From contig QHTE01000046.1 of NCBI GenBank assembly GCA_003220685.1, positions 51,184 through 115,183 of the forward strand: a stretch of DNA of 64,000 bases, given 5' to 3'. Position 1 is the first letter of the stretch, and each line of letters starts with the position of its first letter. The position numbers were made by a program, and so were the translations under genes. This stretch comes from Candidatus Rokuibacteriota bacterium. GTDB taxonomy: Bacteria; Methylomirabilota; Methylomirabilia; Rokubacteriales; CSP1-6. Shown in pieces: positions 42,519 through 51,865 of this stretch. Below the pieces are notes generated by a model. The model was not told the DNA's origin and did not search any database. It was given only the letters and a program-made list of their open reading frames with translations.

Positions 42519-43586
42519 GTGATCCACCGCTCGCGATTCGCTCCGGTCGTCGCTCTTGTCGTCGTGCTCGTGATCACCCGGGCGATCCTGTGCCTGACGC
42601 CCGCGTGGGCGTATGGCCCGGCCGGCGCGGATCCCGCCTCGCGCGTTTCCCTGGGCACCGATCCAAGGAGCGGTCTCCGCTACATCCGGATCGCGGGCCG
42701 GGAGGCACCCGTCTACCCGACGGTCGACCTCTCGTGTGACGGCCAGCGCTGGACGCTCACCCTGGCGCGCTCCGAGGACGGCGCGGTCTACGAGCTCTCG
42801 CACGCCAACGTCGAGCGGATGCTGAACGCGTCCGAGTGTCGCCTGTTCCTGCCGGATCAGGAGGTCACGCTCGCCCGCGAGCAGCTGTGGGGGGTCTGGG
42901 CGGGCCCGACGCAGGGCCCGGGAGCCCCAACCGTCCTCGTCGGACAGGTCGTCGACGTCATCGACGGCAATACGATCCTCGTCAACATGGGCGAGCGCGC
43001 GGAGACCGTGCGCTACATCGGAATCATCAGTCAGGAGAACCGCCGTCCGCCGGGCCCCGAGGCCGTTCCCGGCGACTCCGGCCAGGCCAACCGCCAGCTG
43101 GTCGCACGCCAGCAGGTCCGCATGGAGCTGGACACCATGGAGCGCGACCGGGATGGGCACCTGCTCGCGTACGTCTGGGTCGCGGACAAGATGGTCAACG
43201 CCGAGCTCGTTCGCCGCGGCTCAGCCGAGGTCATGACCGTCCAGCCGAACGTGCGCCACCGGGACCTGTTCGTCACGCTCGAGCAGGAGGCCCGCGACAA
43301 CCGGCGCGGGCTGTGGGCCGATGCGGCGGAGCCGACCACGCCCACGAACGTCGAGCCCGCCCCCCGCCCGGTCGCCGAAGCGCGTCGCGGCGTCAGCCCT
43401 GCCGAGAACGGGTGGACGTGTCCGACGTCCCAGCCGATCAAGGGTCAGTACTTGACCTACACGGGCGGCGGACGGTGCGTCTACCACCTGCCGGACGGCG
43501 ACCGCTACAGCGCGACCAAGGCCGATCGTTGCTACGCGACTGTCGAAGACGCGCGGCAGGACGGGTGCGTCGCCTCGAGACGCTAG
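42519..43586 (+). CDS. Secreted/anchored thermonuclease (SNase/micrococcal nuclease-like) with extra C-terminal Cys-containing domain
   Basis: N-terminal TM/signal. SNase core motifs VVDVIDGNTILV, RYIGIISQE and DRDGHLLAYVWV. The C-terminal about 60 aa has four Cys. Confidence 0.65.
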   Translation: MIHRSRFAPVVALVVVLVITRAILCLTPAWAYGPAGADPASRVSLGTDPRSGLRYIRIAGREAPVYPTVDLSCDGQRWTLTLARSEDGAVYELSHANVERMLNASECRLFLPDQEVTLAREQLWGVWAGPTQGPGAPTVLVGQVVDVIDGNTILVNMGERAETVRYIGIISQENRRPPGPEAVPGDSGQANRQLVARQQVRMELDTMERDRDGHLLAYVWVADKMVNAELVRRGSAEVMTVQPNVRHRDLFVTLEQEARDNRRGLWADAAEPTTPTNVEPAPRPVAEARRGVSPAENGWTCPTSQPIKGQYLTYTGGGRCVYHLPDGDRYSATKADRCYATVEDARQDGCVASRR

Positions 43587-43602
43587 CCGCCTCGAGGAGC
43601 CT

Positions 43603-44556
43603 CTAGTCCGGCTTCGTGTATTTACACTCCCCGGGCAGGGTCGTCTGCTCGGCCAGCCCGAGCGCGTCGGCCGACAGCTTGTCCGCGGTCGTGACGATCG
43701 CGGCGGCGCGCCGCTTGAGGCTGTCGCAGTGCGCGACCACGTCGGCATCGGGCGCGAACGACGTGAACGCGGCAAAGGCGGCGCCCTCGTCTTCGGCCAC
43801 GGTCGCCCCGCCGCTGTAGCGTTGCGTTCGGCCGCGCACGGTGTACTGGTAGCCGTCGGGCCGCGTGGTGAGCGTCATGCCGGGGCCCTTGTCGAGGCAC
43901 TTCTCGAGGACGGCCCACGTGATCTCCGGCCGCCGAGGCTCTGCCGCCGGCGGCAGCGACAGCCGGGTCATCACGAGCGACGCGGTCTGCTGAAATTCCT
44001 CGTCCTGCTCGGCGACGCTTCTCCTCAGCCGCTCCTTGGCTTGTGAATACTCCTGATAGTGATTCGGGAGATCGCCGCTCAGCGAGCGGTGAGAGGTGAA
44101 GAGCGCCCTCAGCTCGGCCGCGTTGTCGGATCGGTCACGGCGCACGTCCGTCACCCGGCCTTCGGCACGCATGCGCCGCGCCACCTGGGACAGGCGCTCG
44201 GCGTCCGTACGCAGCACGGGCTGGAGCTGGCGCAGGTGGGCTTGCCGCACTTCCGTCGCGCGCGCCTGCCGGTTGTCCGCCGGGCGCGGCGTCTCGGCCT
44301 CCCGCGCGGGCTCGGGCGCGGCGGCCGGTTTGCCGCCGAGCGCCACCTCGGGCGTTTGCGGGGCTTCCGCAGACCGGTAGGCGTAGAAGCCTCGCGCACC
44401 GACGACGAGGCCGGCCAGCGCGATCCCCACGACGACGGCCCACAGCGCCAGCCGACCGGCGAGCGTGGCCAGGGAGCGCCGCCCGGACGGGCGCCTGGCG
44501 CGCGCCGCGGCCCGCTCGAACCGTCGCCGGTCTCGACTCGTCAGCATTGACAACAC
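43603..44556 (-). CDS. Membrane-anchored hypothetical protein
   Basis: 317 aa with one N-terminal TM segment, a charged coiled-coil-like middle and no recognised family. Confidence 0.4.
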   Translation of the reverse strand: MLSMLTSRDRRRFERAAARARRPSGRRSLATLAGRLALWAVVVGIALAGLVVGARGFYAYRSAEAPQTPEVALGGKPAAAPEPAREAETPRPADNRQARATEVRQAHLRQLQPVLRTDAERLSQVARRMRAEGRVTDVRRDRSDNAAELRALFTSHRSLSGDLPNHYQEYSQAKERLRRSVAEQDEEFQQTASLVMTRLSLPPAAEPRRPEITWAVLEKCLDKGPGMTLTTRPDGYQYTVRGRTQRYSGGATVAEDEGAAFAAFTSFAPDADVVAHCDSLKRRAAAIVTTADKLSADALGLAEQTTLPGECKYTKPD

Positions 44557-44651
44557 ACGGTTGGAGGCCGGCGCTCACCGATCGCGCCGGACTTCAAAGC
44601 GATGCTCGACACCGGCTACTATATCGCCTCACTGCTCTGGATCTGCCGTAG

Positions 44652-44684
44652 CCAGATGGCCATCTGGTTTCGTGGCCATCTGGG
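44652..44684. promoter_or_regulatory. Perfect 16-bp palindrome CCAGATGGCCATCTGG plus adjacent half-site GTGGCCATCTGGG upstream of the TonB-dependent receptor
   Basis: Read directly from the sequence. It sits about 45 bp upstream of the receptor start and is a candidate operator. Confidence 0.4.
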
Positions 44685-44726
44685 CATTGCCGGGTCCCCC
44701 CGATGCCGCTATTACACTGCGCGCAG

Positions 44727-47066
44727 ATGCGTTCGGGCCCCTCGCGTGCCGCAATGCTGCTGCTTGTCCTCATCGGCTCCCCGGCGGCAGCACAGGCGCC
44801 CCCGACTCCCTCCGAGACGCCGAGCCCGTCGGAGGAACCGGTTCAGCTGCCGCCGGTCCAGGTCATCGGCACCACCCCGCTCCCGTCCCTTGGAGTCCCG
44901 CTGGACAAGTACCCGGGCAACGCCCAGCGGGTGACCGCCGAGGAGATCAGAAGGCGGAATCTCGTCAATCTCCCCGAGCAGCTCTTTCGCAATTTCGGCT
45001 CCGTGAACATGAACGGCGCTCAGGGCAACTCCTGGCAAAGCGATCTGACCTATCGGGGCTTCCTGGGTGGACCCCTGACGGGCAGCCCCATCGGGTTATC
45101 CGTCTACCTGGACGGCATGCGCTTCAACGACGGGTTTGGCGACACTATCAACTGGGATCTCATCCCCCAGTTCGCCCTCGCCGGGGTGGATATCGTTCCC
45201 GGCTCCAATCCGCTCTTCGGGCTGAATACTCTCGGCGGCGCTCTCTCCATGCGAACCAAGCGAGGCTTCGACTTCCCCGGGTTCGAGCTCGGGGCCTCCG
45301 GCGGGTCCTGGGGGCGCTGGGGGGTCGAGGGCGGATACGGGGGCTCGCACGGCCCGTTCGACTGGCTCCTCGGCTTCAACGTGCTCAGCGAGAGCGGCTG
45401 GCGCGACGAGTCGCCCACGGACTTGCGGCAGCTGTTCGCCAAGGTCGGATACCTGACGTCCCAGACCGACCTCGAGCTGGGCTACATCTACGCCAACAAC
45501 AAGCTCACCGGAAACGGGCTGCTACCCGAGAGCACGCTGGCCGTCGATCGAAGCGCCGTCTACACGTTTCCCGACCAGACCAAGAACGTGATGCACCTGA
45601 TCAATCTGAGAGGCAGCCAGTGGCTGACGGACGCGGTGCTGCTGTCAGGCAACGCCTTCTACCGCAACTACACGCGCGAGACGCTCAACGGCGACGCCGA
45701 GGTCAACTGCGTCGACGACGCCACCGGTAGCCGGGTCTTCACCGCCAACGGGCGTCCTGTGCACCTGGGGCTGTGCCGGGGCTCCGCGGTCGGATTCGTC
45801 GACGCCCAGGGCAATCCGCTCGCCGGCAATCTGGCGCTCGAGGCGGACGGCCGGGACCGCATCAGCCGGACGCGCACCCAGGACTGGGGCGTGACCTTGC
45901 AGCTCCAGCACCGCGGCAAGATCGTCGATCGCGACAACCGGCTCACCGTCGGCGTCGCCTACGACGGGCACGCCACTCGATTCACTCAGACCGAAGCGCC
46001 GTCGGACTTCGTGCGCCGGGGCAACAGCGTGGGGACCGTCCCCGCGGGTGCGTTCGCAACCGACGTGGACGTCGAGACCGGCCAACAGAACCTCGGTGTG
46101 TACCTCGCCGACACGTTCGAGGTCTTTCCCCAGCTTGGCGTCACCCTGGCGGGGCGATTTCAGCACGCGAGCGTCGGCATCCGCGACCGGTCGGGCCGTA
46201 GTCCGGCCCTCGACGGCGATCACAGCTTCGATCACGTGAGCCCGGCGGCGGGGTTCACCTACCAGCCCTTTCCCAGCCTGACGACGTTCTTCTCCTTCAG
46301 CGAAGGGTTCCGCGCTCCGACACCGGCCGAGCTCACGTGCGCCGATCCCCAAGCTCCGTGCCGACTTCCCAACGCGTTCGTCGCCGACCCCACGCTCGAC
46401 CCCGTCATCGCGCGCACCTACGAATTCGGACTGCGGGGGCGAGCGCCGCTCGGAGATGGGCTCGGCTGGAGCCTCGCGTTCTTCCGCACCGACCTGAAGG
46501 ACGACATCCTGTTCATCGTGGCCGAGCCCGGCGGAGCCGGCTTCTTCCAGAACGTGGCCAAGACCCGTCGCCAGGGCATCGAGGCCGGACTATCGGGACG
46601 ATGGAATCGCGTCACGTACTTCATCAACTACGCCTATGTCGACGCGACCTACCGGAGCGACGAAACGCTGGCGAGCGTGACCGAGCCCAACGGCGTTCGC
46701 GTTCAGACCGGCGACCACATCCCCGGCATTCCCGCCCACAACCTCAAGGTGGGAGCCGAGGTCGAGATCTGGAATGATCTCTTCGCGGGCGCGAACGTCG
46801 TCCACGCCTCCGGCAGCTACCTGCGCGGCGACGACGGTAACAACCAGCCCAAGCTGGACGGCTACACGACCTTGAATCTGGCCATCCGCTACGCGCCGAT
46901 CAAGCACCTGGAGCTGTGGGGACGGGTCGACAACGTGACCAACGCCCACTATGCGACGGCGGGCGCGCTGAACTTCAACGCGTTCGCCGCGCCTATCGCC
47001 GTCGAGCGATTCGTCGCTCCCGGGGCGCCGATCGCCGGCTGGGTGGGTGCGAAGGTGCGCTTCTAG
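44727..47066 (+). CDS. TonB-dependent outer-membrane receptor
   Basis: Signal peptide, TonB box/plug region, 22-strand barrel length and a terminal aromatic (...GAKVRF). Start chosen at the second Met (44727); the track starts at 44703. Confidence 0.85.
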   Translation: MRSGPSRAAMLLLVLIGSPAAAQAPPTPSETPSPSEEPVQLPPVQVIGTTPLPSLGVPLDKYPGNAQRVTAEEIRRRNLVNLPEQLFRNFGSVNMNGAQGNSWQSDLTYRGFLGGPLTGSPIGLSVYLDGMRFNDGFGDTINWDLIPQFALAGVDIVPGSNPLFGLNTLGGALSMRTKRGFDFPGFELGASGGSWGRWGVEGGYGGSHGPFDWLLGFNVLSESGWRDESPTDLRQLFAKVGYLTSQTDLELGYIYANNKLTGNGLLPESTLAVDRSAVYTFPDQTKNVMHLINLRGSQWLTDAVLLSGNAFYRNYTRETLNGDAEVNCVDDATGSRVFTANGRPVHLGLCRGSAVGFVDAQGNPLAGNLALEADGRDRISRTRTQDWGVTLQLQHRGKIVDRDNRLTVGVAYDGHATRFTQTEAPSDFVRRGNSVGTVPAGAFATDVDVETGQQNLGVYLADTFEVFPQLGVTLAGRFQHASVGIRDRSGRSPALDGDHSFDHVSPAAGFTYQPFPSLTTFFSFSEGFRAPTPAELTCADPQAPCRLPNAFVADPTLDPVIARTYEFGLRGRAPLGDGLGWSLAFFRTDLKDDILFIVAEPGGAGFFQNVAKTRRQGIEAGLSGRWNRVTYFINYAYVDATYRSDETLASVTEPNGVRVQTGDHIPGIPAHNLKVGAEVEIWNDLFAGANVVHASGSYLRGDDGNNQPKLDGYTTLNLAIRYAPIKHLELWGRVDNVTNAHYATAGALNFNAFAAPIAVERFVAPGAPIAGWVGAKVRF

Positions 47067-47081
47067 GGCGGAGACTTAAAT

Positions 47082-47157
47082 GGTGGAGCTGAGGGGAGTC
47101 GAACCCCTGACCCCAAGACTGCCAGCCTTGTGCTCTCCCAACTGAGCTACAGCCCCA
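47082..47157 (-). tRNA. tRNA-Ala (anticodon GGC)
   Basis: 76 nt; clean cloverleaf with G3:U70 identity pair, anticodon loop CU-GGC-AG and encoded CCA. Confidence 0.85.
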
Positions 47158-47201
47158 CGCGAGAAATCACCCTACAGGGACGTGCGGAAGCTTGTCAAGA
47201 A

Positions 47202-47288
47202 TGGTGCCGGCGGTGGGACTCGAACCCACAAGCCCTTACGGGCACCCGGTTTTGAGCCGGGCTCGTTTGCCAGTTTCGACACGCCGGC
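47202..47288 (-). tRNA. tRNA-Leu (anticodon CAA), type II with long variable arm
   Basis: 87 nt with acceptor stem GCCGGCG/CGCCGGC, anticodon stem CCCGG/CCGGG, loop CU-CAA-AA, variable stem-loop GCCC-GTAA-GGGC, T-arm GTGGG-TTCGAGT-CCCAC and encoded CCA. Confidence 0.85.
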
Positions 47289-47393
47289 TCCGCACGATTC
47301 GACGCGGTCATACTATCACCGGCCGACCAGGGCGCCGTACCGCGGGCGCTCGGCAAGCGGCGAGGAACGGGGCCGCGATGAGTCGCTTCCGGG

Positions 47394-47750
47394 TCAGACA
47401 GGTGACGTCATCGGCGTAGTAGATCCAGCGCAGCCCGGCCAGGGACTCGCGATTTGCCGAAGGCGCCAGATACCATGGCGGCCGCGAGTTCTCCTCACGT
47501 CGATCTGACCGACGAGGTTTGCCAGCTGTCGCATTCTGGCGCGCAGCCACTGGATGTATAGGAAGCTGGCCGACACGATCGCGACATACAAGCGGGTGTA
47601 GACGTAGCTCGCACTCTTGAAAGTGTTGTAGCGGTCGACGTAGCTCACGATCGAGCCGTCTCCATCGAGATATCCGCGAAAGAAATCATTCGTACACGAA
47701 GAAGGAGGTGTCCACTCCCGTAGGTGCCGGGCAAATCGTTGAAATTATTT
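47394..47750 (-). mobile_element. Remnant of the 3' end of an IS5/IS4-family DDE transposase gene (about 70 codons)
   Basis: The minus-strand frame reads ...FFRGYLDGDGSIVSYVDRYNTFKSASYVYTRLYVAIVSASFLYIQWLRARMRQLA, resembling the C-terminal tail of IS5-family transposases (...RLSKDYERL...AMIYAAMIRLMLRRLA). No upstream transposase body is present, and local GC drops to about 50%. It lies immediately beside two tRNA genes. Confidence 0.35.
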
Positions 47751-47807
47751 GATGTATACTGAGTCGACGCCGCTTCGGCGTTCACATCTGACGCGAGGAG
47801 GACACCG

Positions 47808-48146
47808 ATGGTCAGACTCGTCGCCATGCTGGTCGCCGTCCTGTTCACCGTGGTCACGCTCGGCGTGTCGCCGGCGCTGGCGCAGACGAGCGCGCCCGCC
47901 AAGACCGACGCGCCGGCCAAGGCCAAGACCGAGACCAAGGCCGACGCGAAGAAGAAGGAGCCGCTCGACATCAACAGTGCGTCGGCGGACGAGCTCAAGG
48001 CGCTGCCCGGCATCGGCGACGCGTACGCGAAGAAGATCGTCGACGGCCGCCCGTACGCGCGCAAGGACGAGCTGACCAAGAAGAAGATCGTGCCGCAAGC
48101 CACCTACGACAAGATCAAGGATCAGATCATCGCCAAGCAGAAGTAG
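47808..48146 (+). CDS. comEA: ComEA-like helix-hairpin-helix DNA-binding protein (secreted)
   Basis: GAGGAGGA RBS and signal peptide. Lys-rich linker and HhH motif [30 protein letters not shown]. Confidence 0.75.
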   Translation: MVRLVAMLVAVLFTVVTLGVSPALAQTSAPAKTDAPAKAKTETKADAKKKEPLDINSASADELKALPGIGDAYAKKIVDGRPYARKDELTKKKIVPQATYDKIKDQIIAKQK

Positions 48147-48169
48147 CTCGGGAGGTCACGGGTCGCGGC

Positions 48170-50314
48170 ATGGGTGAGCGGTCGTTCGCGGAGGACGTCA
48201 AGCAGCTCGGGTACGGGGAAGGCGAGATCCTTCGCGGCGAAGGCATTCTCGCGATCACCAAGGCGCTGCTCCAGTCCGGCGTGAGCTACATCGGCGGCTA
48301 TCCGGGCGCGCCGGTCTCGTACCTGATCGACGTCCTGGCCGACGCGAACGATCCGCTGCTCAAGCCGCTCGGCATCTACTTCGAGCAGTCCGGCAGCGAG
48401 GCGGCGGCCGCCGCGCTCCTCGGCGCCTCCATCAACTATCCGATGCGCGGCGCCGTCACGTGGAAGTCGGTCGTCGGCACCAACGTCGCGTCCGACGCGC
48501 TCTCGCACGTCGCCTCGGCCGGCGTCATCGGCGGCTCCGTCATCGTGATCGGCGAGGACTACGGCGAGGGCGCCTCGATCCTCCAGGAGCGCACCCATTC
48601 GACGGCGCTGAAGTCGTCGATCCCGCTCCTCGATCCGCGCAACAGCCTCGACTCGTTCGCCCGTTTCGTCGGGGAGGGCTTCGGACTCTCCGAGGCGTGC
48701 CACGAGCCGGTCTTCTTCTCCATCCGGATCCGGGCGTGTCACATGCGCGGCACACTGCGGTGCCGCGACAACGTGCGCCCCGCGATCAGCATGCTCTCGC
48801 CGCTCGGCGCGCCGAGCTTCAGCATCGACCGGATCAACCTGCCGCCCTTCACATATCAGATGGAGGCGCAGAAGTTCGACAAGCGCCTGCCGGCGGCGAT
48901 GCGCTACATCGTCGAGCGCGGGCTCAACGAGCACTTCCGCGGCGACGAGGACCACGTCGGGATCGTCATGCAGGGCGGGCTCTGGAACACGACCCTGCGC
49001 GGCCTGCACGTGCTCGGCCTGGCCGACACGCGCGGCCGGACGCCGATCCCGCTGCTGGTGCTCAACGCCATCCATCCGCTGGTGCCCGAGGAGCTGATCG
49101 CATTCATGAGGACCAAGCAGCGCGTGCTCGTCGTCGAAGAGGGGATGCCGAACTACATCGAGCGCGAGCTGAAGGCGCTCGCCCACGAGGCGCGCCTTCC
49201 CGTCGAGATCCAGGGCAAGGAGCTCCTGTCGCCGCACGGCGAGTACGTGCCCTACCTCGTCATCGGCGGCCTGCGACGGTTCTTCACCTCGGCCGGGGTG
49301 AAGTCGCAGTCGACCGCGGCGATCGAGGACCGCTATCACGCGCTGACCGCGCACCGGGAGAAGGTCGGCGACGTGCTGCCCGAGCCGGTGGCCAAGCGCC
49401 CGCCGTCCTTCTGCACGGGCTGCCCGGAGCGGCCGGTGTTCAGCGCGCTCAAGATCCTCCGCGAGCGCGAGCCGGAGATCGGCGACACGCACGTCGCGGC
49501 TGACATCGGCTGCTCGACCTTCTCGACGCAGGCGCCGTTCAACGTCGGCAACTCGGTCCTCGGCTACGGCATGGGGCTCGCGTCGTCGAGCGCGGTCTCG
49601 CCGCTCTTCGCCAAGCGGACGATCTCCGTGATGGGCGACGGCGCCTTCTGGCACAACGGCCTCACCAACGGCGTCGCGAACGCGATGTACAACCGCCAGG
49701 ACTCGGTCCTGGTGATCCTCGACAATTTCTACGCGGCGGCGACCGGCCAGCACCACGTGCCGTCCACCGGCAAGAACGCGCGCAACGAGCCCGTGCCGAT
49801 GACCATCCCGCAGGCGTTGCACGGCCTGGGCGTGAAGTGGGTCCGGACCGTGAACTCGTACCGCATCGCCGAGGTGATCGGAACGATCCGCGAGGCCCTG
49901 ACGACGCGCGTCCCCGGCCTCAAGGTCATCATCGCGAGGAACGAGTGCATGCTCGAGCGCCAGCGTCGCGAGCGGCCCCGGCTGCGCCGCGAGGCGGCCG
50001 CCGGCCGTCAGGTCGTCCAGCCGCGCTTCGGCGTCGACCCCGACGTGTGCACGGGCGACCACTCCTGCATGCGCCTGAATGGATGCCCGTCGCTCACGCT
50101 TCGCGAGAGCCCCGATCCGCTCCGCGAGGACCCGATCGCGCACGTGGACGACACGTGCGTCGGCTGCGGCGTCTGCGGCGAGGTCGCCCACGCGGCGGTC
50201 CTGTGTCCGTCGTTCTACGAGGTGAAGGTGATCACGAACCCGACCTGGTGGACGCGGTTCGTGAGCCGTCTGCGCGCGGCCGTCATCCGCCGGCTCGCGG
50301 CCGTCGGGACGTGA
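48170..50314 (+). CDS. iorA: Indolepyruvate:ferredoxin oxidoreductase family, alpha subunit (TPP-binding, 4Fe-4S)
   Basis: 714 aa with TPP-binding GDG motif (ISVMGDGAFWHNGL) and C-terminal CxxCxxC (CVGCGVCGE). The stop overlaps the iorB start (GTGA). Confidence 0.75.
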   Translation: MGERSFAEDVKQLGYGEGEILRGEGILAITKALLQSGVSYIGGYPGAPVSYLIDVLADANDPLLKPLGIYFEQSGSEAAAAALLGASINYPMRGAVTWKSVVGTNVASDALSHVASAGVIGGSVIVIGEDYGEGASILQERTHSTALKSSIPLLDPRNSLDSFARFVGEGFGLSEACHEPVFFSIRIRACHMRGTLRCRDNVRPAISMLSPLGAPSFSIDRINLPPFTYQMEAQKFDKRLPAAMRYIVERGLNEHFRGDEDHVGIVMQGGLWNTTLRGLHVLGLADTRGRTPIPLLVLNAIHPLVPEELIAFMRTKQRVLVVEEGMPNYIERELKALAHEARLPVEIQGKELLSPHGEYVPYLVIGGLRRFFTSAGVKSQSTAAIEDRYHALTAHREKVGDVLPEPVAKRPPSFCTGCPERPVFSALKILREREPEIGDTHVAADIGCSTFSTQAPFNVGNSVLGYGMGLASSSAVSPLFAKRTISVMGDGAFWHNGLTNGVANAMYNRQDSVLVILDNFYAAATGQHHVPSTGKNARNEPVPMTIPQALHGLGVKWVRTVNSYRIAEVIGTIREALTTRVPGLKVIIARNECMLERQRRERPRLRREAAAGRQVVQPRFGVDPDVCTGDHSCMRLNGCPSLTLRESPDPLREDPIAHVDDTCVGCGVCGEVAHAAVLCPSFYEVKVITNPTWWTRFVSRLRAAVIRRLAAVGT

Positions 50315-51840
50315 CCGACGCGCCGATCCTGAGCCTCCTGGTCCCGGCGGTCGGCGGGCAGGGAGGCGGCGTGCTGCTCGACTGGATCGTCGACGCCGCG
50401 CTCGTCGACGGCTATCCCGTCCACGGCACCTCCATCCCCGGCGTGGCTCAGCGCACGGGATCGACGACCTACTACGTCGAGCTCTCGTGCGAGCGAGATG
50501 CTGCGGCGCACGGAACACCGATCTTCTCGCTCTATCCGGTGCCGGGTGCGCTCGACGTGCTGCTGGCGCCGGAGTTCCTCGAGGTCGGGCGCTCGATCGA
50601 GCTCGGCTTTCCGTCGCCGGGCCGGACCACCATCATCGCGAGCACCCACCGCCTGTACTCGATTCACGAGAAGATCGTGACCGGACGCGGCATCTATCCG
50701 ATCGAGAAGCTGCAGGCCGCGGCGCGCGCCTTCTCCAAGCGGCTCATCGCGTTCGACGCGCTGGCGCTGGCGCGCGAGCACGGGACCGAGGCCAACGCTG
50801 TGCTCCTCGGTGCGCTCGCGGGCTCCGGCGCCCTGCCGATCAACGCCGACGCGTATCGCGCGGCGATCAGGGCCAAAGGAGTTCAGGTCGACGCGAACCT
50901 GCGCGGGTTCGAAGCGGGACTCTCGGTGGCGGCGGGATCGGTCGGCGCCGCACGGGCGCCGGCTGTCCGCGACTCCTCCCGCCGAGCTCCGAGCGACCCC
51001 GCCGCCATGGGCGCGGGCGCATCGCAGGACATCGAGCGGATGATCGCCGAGTTTGCCGATGCGTTGCGGCCGGTGCTCCGCGTGGCCATTCCCCGTCTCA
51101 TCGACTACCAGGATCGGGCGTACGCGGAGCGGTTTCTGGAGCGGCTGCGACCCGTCGTCCGCGGGGGCAGTCTCGAGCTGGCGACGACCGTCGCACGTCA
51201 TCTCGCGACGTGGATGACGTACGAGGATGCCGTGCGGGTCGCACAGCTCAAAACGAGGGCAGCCCGATTCGAGCGCATACGTCGGGACAAGGGGGTTGGC
51301 GAGGGCGAAATCGTGGTGACCGACTTTCTCAAGCCGGACCTGGACGAGATCTACGGCGTCCTGCCGTATCGCCTCGTTTCGCCCTTCGCGCGCTGGGCCC
51401 AACGTCGGTGGCCGCACGGCCGCCCGACGCTGGGCCAGCACGTGAAGACGACAACCGTGAGCGGGTTTCTCCGCGTCTGGATGCTCACCTGGCTGCGGCC
51501 GCTGCGCCCGATCTCGTACCGCGCCCATGAGGAGCACGCGCGCATCGAGCGCTGGCTCGCCGCGATCGCCCGGTGCACCCAGTGGGACGACGGGCTCGCC
51601 TGCGAGGTCGGTCGAGCCGCCCAGCTCGTCAAGGGATACGGTGACGTCCGGCGGCGCATGGCCGGCCACTTCGATCGCCTGCTCGAGTCGGTGTTGCGGA
51701 CGGCCGAGCGCGAGGCGGCGACCGGAGAGAAATTCGAGGCGTCGCGATCGCTCGCCTCGCGGTACCGTACGTTGGTGCTGCAGGGACCCGACTCCGAAGC
51801 CGCGGCTGTCACGCTCGCCGCCGAGGCGTCAGCGCGCTAG
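50311..51840 (+). CDS. iorB: Indolepyruvate:ferredoxin oxidoreductase family, beta subunit
   Basis: 509 aa starting with GTG coupled to the iorA stop. The PFOR gamma-like domain (LVPAVGGQGGGVLLDWI) is typical of IorB. Confidence 0.7.
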   Translation: MTDAPILSLLVPAVGGQGGGVLLDWIVDAALVDGYPVHGTSIPGVAQRTGSTTYYVELSCERDAAAHGTPIFSLYPVPGALDVLLAPEFLEVGRSIELGFPSPGRTTIIASTHRLYSIHEKIVTGRGIYPIEKLQAAARAFSKRLIAFDALALAREHGTEANAVLLGALAGSGALPINADAYRAAIRAKGVQVDANLRGFEAGLSVAAGSVGAARAPAVRDSSRRAPSDPAAMGAGASQDIERMIAEFADALRPVLRVAIPRLIDYQDRAYAERFLERLRPVVRGGSLELATTVARHLATWMTYEDAVRVAQLKTRAARFERIRRDKGVGEGEIVVTDFLKPDLDEIYGVLPYRLVSPFARWAQRRWPHGRPTLGQHVKTTTVSGFLRVWMLTWLRPLRPISYRAHEEHARIERWLAAIARCTQWDDGLACEVGRAAQLVKGYGDVRRRMAGHFDRLLESVLRTAEREAATGEKFEASRSLASRYRTLVLQGPDSEAAAVTLAAEASAR

Positions 51841-51865
51841 TCGCCGTCACAGGAGGTCCCGGCAC

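Noticed and set aside
41196-43160. 654-aa minus-strand ORF over the OmpA-lipoprotein and nuclease genes, and the other alternative frames 41231..41881 and 42836..43606
   Set aside because: They are shadow frames; both plus-strand genes have strong RBS or lipobox evidence.
47202-47288. The long (87-nt) tRNA as a possible tRNA-Sec (selC)
   Set aside because: The anticodon is CAA, not UCA. The acceptor stem is 7 bp, not the 8 bp of tRNA-Sec, and the long variable arm plus CAA fits tRNA-Leu.
47739-47760. TTGAAA ... TATACT as a sigma70 promoter for comEA
   Set aside because: The hexamers are only 10 nt apart, too short for a functional -35/-10 pair. It was not annotated as a promoter.
48122-51669. 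798-aa and 484-aa minus-strand ORFs antisense to iorA/iorB, and the plus-frame ORFs 48460..49503 and 50487..51530
   Set aside because: They are antisense or alternative frames of confidently identified IOR subunits.
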